This document shows positions 1 through 11,600 of a stretch of DNA of 64,000 bases, piece by piece. The stretch is from Marsupella aquatica (lineage: Eukaryota > Plantae > Marchantiophyta), in contig OZ316894.1 of NCBI GenBank assembly GCA_973895155.1, positions 17,142,563 to 17,206,562 of the forward strand. The letters run 5' to 3'. The notes beneath the pieces were generated by a model, which was not told where the DNA came from, searched no databases, and saw only the letters and a program-made list of their open reading frames with translations. Numbering within the stretch: the stretch's first letter is position 1; every line of letters begins with the position of its first letter. A program made the translations under genes and the position numbers.

Positions 1-104
1 TTGGGGGATTAATTAATGGCAGTCCAATTTTCCTCAACTGACAAGATTTAGATTTACAGTTTCACTTACATGGGGGTAGCTGGTTCTGTGGGCTAAATAC
101 TTAC

Positions 105-1056
105 ATCATGCTATTCGAGGCTGTTATAATGTAGCTAATACCACATCCAATGAAAGCAGCATTTTGAGTCCAAGCACATATTTTTCCAGGAAAGGATCCT
201 GCAGATTGAAGAGTGACTGATTTTGTTAGAGTTTGTGGCTTGATGCAAAGGTCAGCATGCAGAACACTGTAAAATTGTGAGATGCTATGCTAATTACAAA
301 ACCAAAAATGGTCTGACTATGGGTGGTAGGAGTTGAAAAAAGATATCCATTAGTAAAAATAATGATGTACCAACCAAGATAGGAGTTGACAGCGTTCACA
401 TAAGTGTACAGCCGTTTCCCTAGAACAGGATCCTTGAAACGATATGTATCAGCTAGCAAGAGTGAAGTGAAAGATGTTGATACCGCAATTGACCACAGCA
501 CAAGAGGGCCTGCAATCCATCCCATTTGCGCAATGCTCCAAGGCAATGCCAATAGCCCTGAGCCCAGCATTGATGCTATTACAGTGGCAGATGCAGTCCA
601 AACTGTCCCTGTATGCCCAATGACATTGCCAGTCATCATTCACATGAATTTGAACTGTTCTGTATATCAGACTTGCAATCACTTAGGAAATTTTCTTGAT
701 GGTGCTAACAAATTCCCACTCAAAACTTGGTGCATGTTTGGTTTTTGACTCACATATTGTTGCTATGCAATTCAGTTTATCAAGTCTGTGACCTCCTGTG
801 AAAAATCTTGCAGCTACAAACTAAAACAGGGAAGGTTGCCTAATGTTTGAGTGTATGTACCTTGACGTTTGGGTCGTCCATCATCATCAGTCTCGTCAGT
901 CTCAAGAGATATAGATGGATCAGGAACAGGTTTTTCATAAGTGTCTCTTCCATCGATATTGATGTTGATATCTAACAAGGATATTGTCGAGTCCCCAATG
1001 GGCTTCTCGAGGAGCTCTCCCCCCATAATGAGGGTCGTGGAGTGACCCTCGTCCAT
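105..1056 (-). CDS. AAP: Amino acid permease (AAAP/AAP family), 5' part; exons 1056-861, 608-375, 198-105; continues beyond the left edge of the window
   Basis: Spliced translation gives DDDGRPKRQG|TVWTASA..GSGLLALPWSIAQMGWIAGP..LLADTYR..DPVLGKRLYTYVNAVNSYLG|SFPGKICAWTQNAAFIGCGISYIITASNSM. Introns are GT-AG, and the 234-nt and 94-nt internal exons are the sizes usual in plant AAP genes. Confidence 0.92.
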
Positions 1057-2489
1057 TGGAAAAGATCATAGACAAGACATGCTCTCTTTTGTCTAAACCA
1101 TTGTAGCGGGCATTATAGTCATTTTGAGACACCAAACCAATGGTTCTCATGGATCTAGACTGATATTCTATCCTGATAACAGTTTGTCTTGGATCCCATC
1201 AAGATAAGCAAATATAGTGGAGCCCTGAAACATCAAACATGCATGCTGGGGTGGAATTGAAGAAGTAATAACTTCACTACAAGATTTGAAGTTTGCAGAT
1301 ATTATCAGTTGCAAATGCCTGAATGCTTTGCTGAATGCTATGATTAAGAAAACCCAAATGGATCACATATAAGTTTTAAAAGTTTGCCTGGACTGACCCT
1401 TCTTAATGTAGACGCATGAGAACCCTTGGCAAGCCAAGACTTCAAGATATAAAAAATTAACCCGCAAAGAAAGTTTCTCAGTAAACAGGTTTACAAGATT
1501 GTCTACAACATTACAAAGGAACGTAAGAACAATTGGAACAAATTATTTCATCTGTAGAGTCTTTTTGTTACAATTAAAGGTCACCATTAGAGCACTCAGG
1601 CAGCCCACTAACCCACTGGCAGGTAATAGTAATTGTTTTCGTTTAAAAAAACTGGCTTGGTAGATCAAGTTCGAGCATACTAAGGTGGGGATTACCTTAA
1701 TGGACCCCAAAATTAGAGAAGTGGAAGAAATATTGTATGAGTTTGATCTATGTACCTAGGTGATCTAAGTCACAACACCAGAAAAAGACATGGACCATAA
1801 GTTACATGCAGGCTCTTTCACAATTTGTAAATATCTTTATACAGTCAGAGAAAGGTGACCCCTTCAAAATACTCTTCAATAGTAGTGTTCCCGTTTGTAG
1901 TAAGTGGCAGTCCAGATTATTAGTTTACAAAACCAGGTATCAAGTTACACACATTAATTAGTATGGGTATTGAAACAAACTCAATTATTTCAATCATGTT
2001 CAATCTTTGGACTATATATGGGGAAAGCTAATTTCTTGGCCATAGAATGAAAAATCAATGGCACAGGAGCCAGGATGCCAATTTAAGATATAATATTCTA
2101 GTTGATTTTTATGGTTGCTAAGTGTCCCTTTGGCTTAAGTTTTGTTAGGTGCTCAGGGTGATTGCCCTTGGTTTCTGATTTTGCTCTGCAGATACCTCCA
2201 ATCCGTGGGATTTAATTTACATGGGGTTAGTACAAAATTTCAACCAAAAAAAGGCTGTTCCAGTAGATCTAGTCACCTGGATATGTGAACCAAAAAAAAT
2301 CATGGATTAAAGATTTTAGGCTAAATTTTTAGGCTGTCCAATGAAAAAGAAGGTTGCTCACTATTGCACATCAATGAAACTAGAACAAAATTGTTTTTTT
2401 GCCAAAGTTGCCTATTGTCCATATCTACATTAATACTAGGCCATACATTTTAAATAGTTTCTCCCTAGGAAGACCTGTGCCTTCCCATC

Positions 2490-2834
2490 TTATCTATTCA
2501 AGTATTTGATTACAGCCTTCCTCCCTTCGGAAATAGCATGCTGAGAGAGCTCTCCAGAAAGAACCAGTTTTAGTGCTGATTGGATCTCTCTGGACTGAAT
2601 GGTTTTTCTATTACTGTGGCTACCCAAACAGCCAGCTTCTGTCGCAATTATTTCCAAGATGTCATGAAGAAAGTTGTCCATGACTTTAATTGCCTTATTG
2701 GACATTCCTAAGTCAGGATGGAGTTCCTTCAGAACCATCTGAGTGTAGGTCCTAAAGGAAAGTGTTTTCCTATGTCTTTGGTGTGATGACATGTCCATTA
2801 TTGGCTCCTGAAATCTTTCTGCCTTTTTCATCAT
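2490..2834 (-). CDS. H2B: Divergent histone H2B variant, intronless, short N-terminal tail
   Basis: Histone fold: SFRTYTQMVLKELHPDLGMSNKAIKVMDNFLHDILEIIATEAGCL..NRKTIQSREIQSALKLVLSGELSQHAISEGRKAVIKY aligns with the canonical H2B core. First ATG is at 2834 (the track start is GTG). Confidence 0.88.
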   Translation of the reverse strand: MMKKAERFQEPIMDMSSHQRHRKTLSFRTYTQMVLKELHPDLGMSNKAIKVMDNFLHDILEIIATEAGCLGSHSNRKTIQSREIQSALKLVLSGELSQHAISEGRKAVIKYLNR

Positions 2835-3250
2835 ATAAGTAAGCACAGTTTGAACAAGTTATCTTCACCCTACTCTAGAGCTTTGTTGCCATGAACTTCT
2901 GGAACTTGCTAGGTGCATCAACTAGCCAGGGGTTGGAGAGGCTACTAAGATACAGGTATTCATGATGTTACAGTTTCAGCTCATGTCAGGCCGGGGGTTT
3001 AACTCCCTTGGAAAGCCTAGAACACACACATCAGAGTAGGTTTCCTTGTATGGTCTGGATGTGTAATTTTTACAACTCTGAGCTTTCTTAGGTGTGATGG
3101 GAAGTACAAACAGAATGCCTATGACCATGCCAATCAATGCAGACTCTAAAAAACGAATCACTGTTGAAACCAGTTTACATTTGTCCAACATCTGAACAAG
3201 TAAGGTCGTAGGCAATTTAGACACCAACAATGCTTTCACCCTTAGCACAT

Positions 3251-3258
3251 TTTTATAG
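3251..3258 (-). promoter_or_regulatory. Candidate TATA box of the H2B-variant transcript
   Basis: CTATAAAA on the - strand about 420 nt upstream of the H2B ATG. Motif match only. Confidence 0.35.
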
Positions 3259-4766
3259 AGTTACTACTGAACGTTGTGTATCTTAGTGATTACTTCCTTG
3301 AAGTGACCCCAAGTGACTAACACATTTTCATACACAAAGCAGCAAGCCAACCAAAGTGATAATTTCTGTTGATGTCAAGATTTCCAGGCTCAATCAGCAA
3401 CACCATAAGTAAAAGAAAATCAAGTGTGTGTATGTGGCTCAAGTATGTTGTAAACATGTGCATATTTCAGTACAGAATTGTGGCCTACATATGCTACTAT
3501 ATAGAGATAGTGGGGACACCATAACCAAACTTTTGGGGACTGGGAATCCAGTTCTATGTCGACAGAGCCTACCTTACTAAGAAAGAAGGTCAGACCACCA
3601 AATATTACTTAGCTTTGGAATGCCTCCTAGCCAAAAAGCTCTAGTGCTCTTACAAGACCAGATGATAGTCCACCATCTGGAAGGAACCCTAATTTTCCAA
3701 AGTCCAGAAGATTCTAGAACCAAATAAATTAAATAAATAGATTCCAGCACGGAAAGGGGACAAAACTTTAATGCAGGGAAACAGAGCTTTCAGAAGAAAT
3801 TAACAAAAAGAGACTGGAGAAATGTTAAGAACAAGACACAAACCAAAATGCGAGGCCAAAAAACGAAAATCCCTAAATCAAGTTTACAGGGCTACCCACT
3901 CTCACTGTAATTATAGTTTACAACTCAGCAATGCAAGGTTGGTCGTCCCTATCTTGAGACACTCGTTAACATGTATGGACCATGTGCATCTGCCTGCCTT
4001 GGAGCCAATGAATGTTCCTCCCCTAAAAAATGTGAACAGGATATTGTCCTTTTTTATTGCTTAGGGGGAATTTAATTGTTGAAGAATTGTAATAGTTTCT
4101 GTCACAAGTGACTTGTGTGATCCATTCATAAGCAAAAAAGGCAGATTCATGTCACAGTACAACAGATATGGCCTGACCCCTTCTTTGGCATGCTGGGACA
4201 AAGAGGATGAGGCTAGGGAATGAGACTAGAATCCTAACTTGTAAATGTTAGCAAGAGGTGCAAAGTCACCCATTTATCACATCATGCGATGCAATCGCTT
4301 CATTAAGTCCATTACCTCACCTGTTGTTGTGCTCGACGTGAAGTTGGAAACTTTTCTCCCTCTTTTGGACTGATTCTTTAGTCAGTGCCTGACAGGGCAA
4401 TTGCAACTACAGTCTACTTACTAATGGTAGATGCACTCCAATTATGAATGACTGTCCAAATTATGTAAGATTGAAGGCAGGCAAGGTCCTTCCCTCTGAA
4501 TCTGTCTCTCTGTTTGTGTGGGTGTTCTTGTAATTTTCTATCTGAATTTGCCAAAGGTATCTTGTTTCAAAGCTAGGATGTCAAGGGCATGCAAGGACTT
4601 CAGGAAGATAATGGTTGAGTAACTACCAAGTCAGGGTGTTGTTACACATTGGATAATGTAAGAAAGTGACACAGACAAACCTAAGGAGATGGGTCACTCA
4701 ATGGAGGTGGACAACAAGGAAAATCTGCTAGAGTGGGTGAGCATACCTGTTCACAACAATATGAAA

Positions 4767-5521
4767 CCTGAAAAGTCACAGGCAGGTTGTTACCCTTTGA
4801 AAAGTCCACGGATTGACTATATGGTGGACATGGGTGCTCCTGATCAAGGGTGCACAAAAGAGGAGGCATTGCTTAATATCATGAGTTCTCACTGGGTATA
4901 GGTGGTTCCCGTACGTCGAATACATCAATTATATACAACTAGTACATTTTGCTGGAGCTTGAATGTCTTTTCACACATATGGCTGGTCAGAGTACACAAT
5001 ATGTAATTTTAGCTGCTTAATTAACCTGTTTATTGGGTGGTTTGTGGACTCAAAAACAAATCAGTGCAATCATTTTAATTTGTTCTTATTAATTCTGAGC
5101 ATGCTTGTGACATGTGTTTCCATTGCGTACACATTGGAATAGTCTCACTTGTTGAGATGAGAAATGGTGCACAATTGTTGACCGGATTAGGAAGTGAATC
5201 CGCTGGGGAAATTGACTGGATGAACAGGAACAAGATATTTAAGCACACGGATTAGAAGATGCCAAATTGCAACTCGAACCGTTGCAAGTAGAAGGCAGCC
5301 CTTCCCTTCACCAGATATTTGAACCCTGAAAAGTCACAGTCAGGTTGTTACCCTTTGAAGAGTCCACGGATCAACTATGTGGGTGAAATTTGGTTGATTC
5401 TGATCAAAGGTGCATAGGAGAGGAGGCAGCTTTTTCTCACAATTTCTCACTGGGTATGAGTGGTTCTAGTATGCAATAATTATACACTGTACATTTTTCT
5501 GGAGTTTGTGCCCTTTCACAT
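4767..5521. repeat. Diverged direct duplication of ~200 bp (4767-~4978 and 5325-~5521) in the H2B/protamine-like intergenic region
   Basis: Both copies start cctgaaaagtcacag(g/t)caggttgttaccctttgaa(a/g)agtccacggat and share ctgatcaa, gaggaggca, ttctcactgggtat and ctggag blocks. Confidence 0.85.
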
Positions 5522-5787
5522 GGGGGGGGGGGGGGATGGAGTATATCACAGCCAAAAGAATTGATCTGATAAACAGCAAGGAAGCACATGACTGAACAGA
5601 CACCACATTGCAACTTGAATAGTTGCGGATGGAAGGCAGCCCTTCCCCTGGCTGGCCTCCCTCCCTGGCCTGTGGGAATGTGCGCTGGGTAGACAGTGTA
5701 ATTTTTGATTTTTTTGTTTCAATTGGGCCCCCCTACAATCTCTCCTCATGAGTTAAGTTTAGCCAGCCTGCACTTAGGCAGCCAGCC

Positions 5788-6744
5788 ATGGTGCGTGCCA
5801 AATACTACTCAAAGCGATCCGGTTCTAGATACCGACGCAACAAGTATGCTGCACCATCCAGCAGGAGCAACAACTACAATTATGGCCATTATGGCTCGTC
5901 CAAGATGTCCACTAGGACATCAAGTCCTAGAGGTCGAGAGCGATCCCAAGACCGCGACAGTTCCATAGATTCACTTTATTCCAGAGACTCAAGCTATGAT
6001 AGACTAACAAGACCATCCAAGTATTCAGACATGTCCAGGGGGCGCCATCGCCCTCCGCACTATGACCGCATGGTGTGCGAGGCAGTTGCACGGATCAAGA
6101 GCAGGAAGGGGTCGTCTATCAAGGACATTGCTAAGAATCTTGAGAACAAATATCCAGATGACCTCAAAGGCAAACGCAAAGGCACTGCTGAGAAGATTGT
6201 TGCAACAGCCAAAAGGCTTGTCAAAGAGGGCAAGCTGGTGAAGGATGGATCTCATTATCGCCTGAGCAAAACATCTTCAAGGAGCAAAGACTCTGGCAAT
6301 TACGATTACGATGATGACTCTAGTTCTCGGTCATACTCTGGGGGGAAGCACAGTTACAGTCCTCAAAGTAGTAAAAGGGGAAGACCGCGAGAAAGATCTC
6401 GGAGTCGCTCGGAAAGCCGGTCTCGCTCTTGGTCTCAATCATCTCCACCTCGGAAGGTTCGCAGACGTACTGTCAATTACAGAAAACGGAAAAAGGGATC
6501 AAGATCTTACAAGACATCCACTCGTGGGCGAGGAATTCGGAAACGAGGGACAAAACGGAAGAACGGATCCCGTAAAGGACAGACCAGACTTGCTACAGGG
6601 AAACGAGGACCATATAAAAAGAAGGCCAGCAGAGCTAGGAGACGGGTGAAGCATAGTCATACCAAAAGACCCAAATCTGAGAAACTTCCTGAAGGAGATA
6701 GCTCTCAGGCAATTATTCCCCACTCGGCCTTGCACTCGGTCTGA
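5788..6744 (+). CDS. PRM: H1-derived protamine-like sperm nuclear basic protein (GH1 winged helix plus Arg/Ser/Lys-rich tails)
   Basis: Central linker-histone globular domain HRPPHYDRMVCEAVARIKSRKGSSIKDIAKNLENKY..AKRLVKEGKLVKDGSHYRLS. Flanked by an R/S/Y-rich N-tail, RSRSRSESRSRS repeats and an R/K-rich C-tail. Same architecture as the Marchantia protamine-like (MpPRM-type) H1s. Confidence 0.8.
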   Translation: MVRAKYYSKRSGSRYRRNKYAAPSSRSNNYNYGHYGSSKMSTRTSSPRGRERSQDRDSSIDSLYSRDSSYDRLTRPSKYSDMSRGRHRPPHYDRMVCEAVARIKSRKGSSIKDIAKNLENKYPDDLKGKRKGTAEKIVATAKRLVKEGKLVKDGSHYRLSKTSSRSKDSGNYDYDDDSSSRSYSGGKHSYSPQSSKRGRPRERSRSRSESRSRSWSQSSPPRKVRRRTVNYRKRKKGSRSYKTSTRGRGIRKRGTKRKNGSRKGQTRLATGKRGPYKKKASRARRRVKHSHTKRPKSEKLPEGDSSQAIIPHSALHSV

Positions 6745-7212
6745 GTCCTTTCCAACATTAGTCCCTTTCCTTGAATTAATATTTCCGCCTGTTTGTATAT
6801 GGTTGTCAATGTACAATTGTAGCCTAAAGTTTCACTCAGAAGATTATCATTGTGGCACCCTTGTGTGTTTGAGTGTTTAAATTTTTAAAATTTTGGGAGA
6901 CCAGTCAAAGTAGTCTACAAGATTGTAGAAAATGTCACAAGGGATAATTAAGCGAGTTTTCCATTGCACCTCTACAGCCCAATGTGGGAATATCATATTA
7001 TGTTGATAATCTCTTGTAGAGTCTGAACAAGTATGTCCAATCAAATCACTGAAGACAGAAATCACACACTTCAACATAATACTCATAATATTAGATAGGT
7101 AGTAGATGCACGCCATAGTACATATTTGATAACTGTTAGGCAGGATTAGAGTCTGGATCATTGCAATTTCTGACATTTTCTGAACTAAATTAAACTGGAT
7201 ACCAATGTGCAG

Positions 7213-7335
7213 AGCAAAGGCTGGTTTGGAGGCTGGTTTGGAGGAAGGGATGGGGCTGATACAAAGTCCCAAGGAAACGACAAGGGTAGCAGTAGCAAAG
7301 GAGAGACTAAGAAATCAAAGTCAACATCAGAGTGA
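7213..7335 (+). CDS. Probable second coding exon of the protamine-like gene (SKGWFGGWFGGRDGADTKSQGNDKGSSSKGETKKSKSTSE*)
   Basis: Follows a tgtgcAG acceptor (7211-7212) with an upstream ctaaa/ctgaa branch-like site. It is phase 0 and matches phase-0 donors CAG|GCAATT (6708/6709, GC-type) or TCG|GTCTGA (6738/6739). K/S/G-rich composition like the rest of the protein. Confidence 0.55.
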   Translation, partial: SKGWFGGWFGGRDGADTKSQGNDKGSSSKGETKKSKSTSE

Positions 7336-8140
7336 TCAATAGGCAGAGAAACTAGAGGAGTCTCATTAAAGCTAGCAGATGTTAGAATACCTATTTTCAG
7401 ATCCATAATTTACAACAAGATGCCACATTTGGCCTGTTGGGGGCTCAACTTCCTTGCCATCTACCACTTCTTGGTGATCTCCAATTCCTGTAAGAGAGAC
7501 GTGACTTGTGATGTTTTGAATCACCTTCATGCAATAAGAATTCTCAAAGGAGATCTATGGATCAGTGAACTGACCCAAGGGCTGGATGCAATTCTGTGGA
7601 AAATGGAACCAGGCTATGATCATGATGGACTGTAAGACCTGCAATGATCATGAGAGCTTCCTAAGAAGCTTTTCTACACGAGAAAAAATATGCCTTGGAC
7701 ATTTTTAGCAAAACTGACGACTATCTTCAGACTTCTTGTGTGCTCAGACACTTCTTGTTTGAATATATCATGGGTAAATCAATGTACTCAGGCTAAGGCT
7801 TGTATGCATCACATCAGTGCAACCAGGAAAACTAGGTGGAAACCATGGTCAAAATTAAATTGGAATTGAATCCAATTGAATAAGATTGGAAAAGACAGGA
7901 AATTAGTTAGTAACAAATAAGCCTAATATGAAATTCCCAGTCCTTTTAGTAACAATACTCTGGGTAGACTCATGATTTCTAGGGTAGTTTATATGCTTAC
8001 TAAGGTCACCAATATTAAACAACACCCTTGTTAGATATAATACTATAGTAATTACATAATGACTCACAATGTAAATTTTGAATATTTTCACCCCTTGTTG
8101 AGTGACCTAATCACACATTTCCTGATGAGTACGTAACTCT

Positions 8141-8484
8141 TGTTGAGCATAGACGACATTTGCAACGGCAAGCCCATGAACCATCCAACGCACAATAGTC
8201 GACACAGAGAGATACGTGGTTCACCTCCACATGAGGCTACGTCCACGGGAACACACAAGAGCTTTACTGCACTCTAGGCCGACCGGCCATACCAAGCATC
8301 CACAACACAAGCTCTCCCTATCTCTCAACTAGCTCCGTAACAATGAGCCTAAGTTCCACCAGGGTCTGGCATCAGCCCTGGCTATATACACAACAGCACT
8401 ACCGCTAACATTAGCTAAGTCCTAACCCGAGTTAGACTAACCGTGGTTAGCACATGAGTCACAAGACTAGAGCAATATCTAACA
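8141..8484 (-). repeat. 3' LTR of the copia element
   Basis: tgttgagcat...atatctaaca, with the PPT adjacent (+ strand aactcccccttga, 8485-8497). Confidence 0.97.
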
Positions 8485-8690
8485 AACTCCCCCTTGACTC
8501 TTGTCTTGGGGACTGGATTAAATGCAACCATATGGAATCCCCAGCGGGAAGTTCTAGACAATCACCAAACCAGGTCTCCCCCTAAAAACCACAAGGGTTA
8601 ACTAAGGGTTAACTAGAACTAAACCGTAGCCAAAAGGAATGAGTAATCCATATACAAATAGTCTCACATTGCTAAATAACTCTACTTGCA

Positions 8691-11600
8691 TTACAACTGC
8701 AAAACCTGCAAAGTAGCACGGTGTCTTGAGAAACTCTCCAAATGAATCACTTTGGTAAAGGCATCAGCGGGATTGAGCTTTCCATCAATCTTGACTAGCT
8801 CAAAAGTTTTATCAGACACTGCTTGCCTGATAAAATGGTACCTGATATCAATGTGCTTCACCTTGCTATCCATCACCTGGTTAGCAGCCAAGTGAAGAGC
8901 ACTCTGACTATCACAATTTAGAGTCATTTTTCCATGCTCTAAACCCATCTCTGCGATCAACTTATCCAACCAAATTGCTTCCTTTGCTGCTTCTGTTGCT
9001 GCAACATACTCTGCTTCTGTAGTAGACTGAGATATGCACTTCTGCAAGGCAGATTTCCAATTGATACATCCTCTTCCAAGAGTGTATACAAACCCAGTTG
9101 TAGATCTCCTTGTATCCAGACAGCCTCCATAGTCAGAATCTACATAGCTAACTAACGTTCTATTTGATCTGTTATCAAATAGTAATCCATAGTCCTGTGT
9201 TCCCCTCACATACCTGAGAATCCATTTCACAGCTTCCCAATGTACCTTCCCTGGATTTGACATGAATCTGCTGACCTTGCCCATCGCTAGGGCCAAGTCA
9301 GGCCTAGTACAAGTCATCAAATACATCAGACTGCCTACTGCCTTCTCATAAGGAATCTTAGCCATCAGACCTTTCTCCATAGCATCCGTAGGAGAGAAAG
9401 CCGATGATAACTTGAAATGTGAAGCTAAAGGAATACTCACTGGCTTACAGTTCTCCATGTTGAATCGTGCAAGTACTTTCCTCGCATACTGGCCTTGACT
9501 CAAGCACAACTATCCAGTCTCAGAGTTCCTAAAAATCTCCATCCCTACGATCCTCTTGGCCTTACCAAGATCCTTCATCCTGAATTCAGCACTCAATTTT
9601 GCCTTGAGACTGTCAACCTCAGATTGATCTTTAGCCACAATCAGCATGTCATCCACATAGATCACCAGAATGATGAAACCAAATACATCATTCTTGACTG
9701 ACTTTGTATACACACAAGGATCATACACCATCCTTGTAAAACCTTGAGCAAGCATGAAATCATCAAACCGCTTGTTCCACTGTCTGGGAGACTGCTTCAA
9801 TCCATACAAGGACTTGAGCAATCTGCAAACTAAGTTCTCTTGGCCCTTCTTCATAATGCCTAGTGGCTGTCTCATGAAGATCAACTCTTCCAAGTTGCCA
9901 TAGAGAAAAGCAGTAACAACATCCATCTGATCTATCACCAGACCAAAAAACACAACAAGCTGACACAAGATCCGTATTGTGGAATACTTCGCCACAGGTG
10001 AAAAGACTTCATTGTAGTCCACTCCTTTCTCCTGAGTGAACCCCTTGGCAACAAGCCTTGCCTTGTAGATCTTATCTCCACCCTCTGAAGGACTGTCCTT
10101 CAACTTGTAAATCCACTTACTGTCCACCACTTGCTGACCTCTTGGAAGCTCCACCAGCTCCCATGTCTTGTTGTCACTCAAAGATTGCAACTCCCTCTGC
10201 ATTGCTCATTCCACTCATGCTTCTGTTTTGAAGCACAAGCCTCACTGTACAAAGAAGGCTCTCCTTCTTCCAAGATCAAAGCCATATCATCTTCATCAGG
10301 TGCAATGTCAATGTCATCTAGCTTAGATGAGTCTGCCCATTGACCATACCTGGTAGGAGCTCTAGTAGAACGACTGGAAGTTCTTCTAGTAGATGACTCA
10401 GGCTGATCTATTGCTGCTGCTGGTTGAATTTGAGGTACCCAAACAACAATTTGCTCCTCTTGTTCCATCACAGGAACCAGCTCCAAGCTCGGAGCTTCTC
10501 CATCTCTCCTGTCATGAACTGCATCATGACTAATCTCCCCCTCAACCCGGTCTGGGATGGGAGATTTCCCCTTGTCAGTATAGGAGTCCTGAGAACTCTC
10601 CCCCTCCTTTGATGATCTGGACTCATTAAAGGATACATCTCTATTGACAATCAGCTTACAGGTTACTGGATCCCATAACCTATAACCCTTCACACCTTTC
10701 TGATAGCCAAGGAAAATGCACTTCTTTGACTTGGACTCCAGCTTGGATCGAAGCTGGGAAGGTGTAAGCACATAAGCATCACATCCAAAAATCCTCAGAT
10801 GTGAGTAATCTGCTGGACGCCCGTACCTCATTTCAAATGGCGTCTTGAATCCAATAGAACTGGATGGAGAAAAATTTACCAAATAAGCTGTAGTGTTGAC
10901 AGCTTCAGCCCAAAACTCATGTGGTAAGCATGATTGACTCAACATACTCCTCGAGCGGTCCAATAGTGTTCGGTTGAGTCTCTCAAAAACACCATTCTGC
11001 TGAGGAGTATAACTTGTTGTGAGATGACGGGTAATTCCCTGCTCCTTACAATACGTTCCAAATTCCCCGGAATTGTATTCACCACCGTTATCCAATCGAA
11101 GATATCTCACCTTATTACCAGTCTGATTCTCAACTTGGGCTTTTCACTCCTTAAAAATGGCAAAAACATCAGACTTATTGTGTAGAAAGTATATCCACAT
11201 ATACCTTGAGTAATCATCTATGAACGTGACATAGTATAACCGTCCAGAATGTGAGGGAGTAGGGGCTGGACCCCACACATCACTATGTACATACTCAAGT
11301 ACCTCCTTGCTGGTGTGAGTTCCAACTCCGAAGGGTTTCCTGTGCTGCTTCCCTAGCACACAGTGCTCACAAAATTCTAACTTACAAGATTGCAAATTAG
11401 AAAGTAATCCTTTCTTCTGAAGAATAACCAAACCTTTTTCACTCATGTGGCCCAAACGGAAGTGCCACAGCCGGGTCGTCTCCTCATGAGATAAGGTTAC
11501 ATTGGCTTCATCACAAACTACACTGCCCTCCAAAATGTATAGATTGCTATGTCTCTTTCCCTTCAATACAACTTTAGTACCAGTTGAAACCTGAAGGACA

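Noticed and set aside
6025-6816. Alternative-frame and antisense ORFs over the protamine-like gene
   Set aside because: By-products of biased codon composition in the real ORF.
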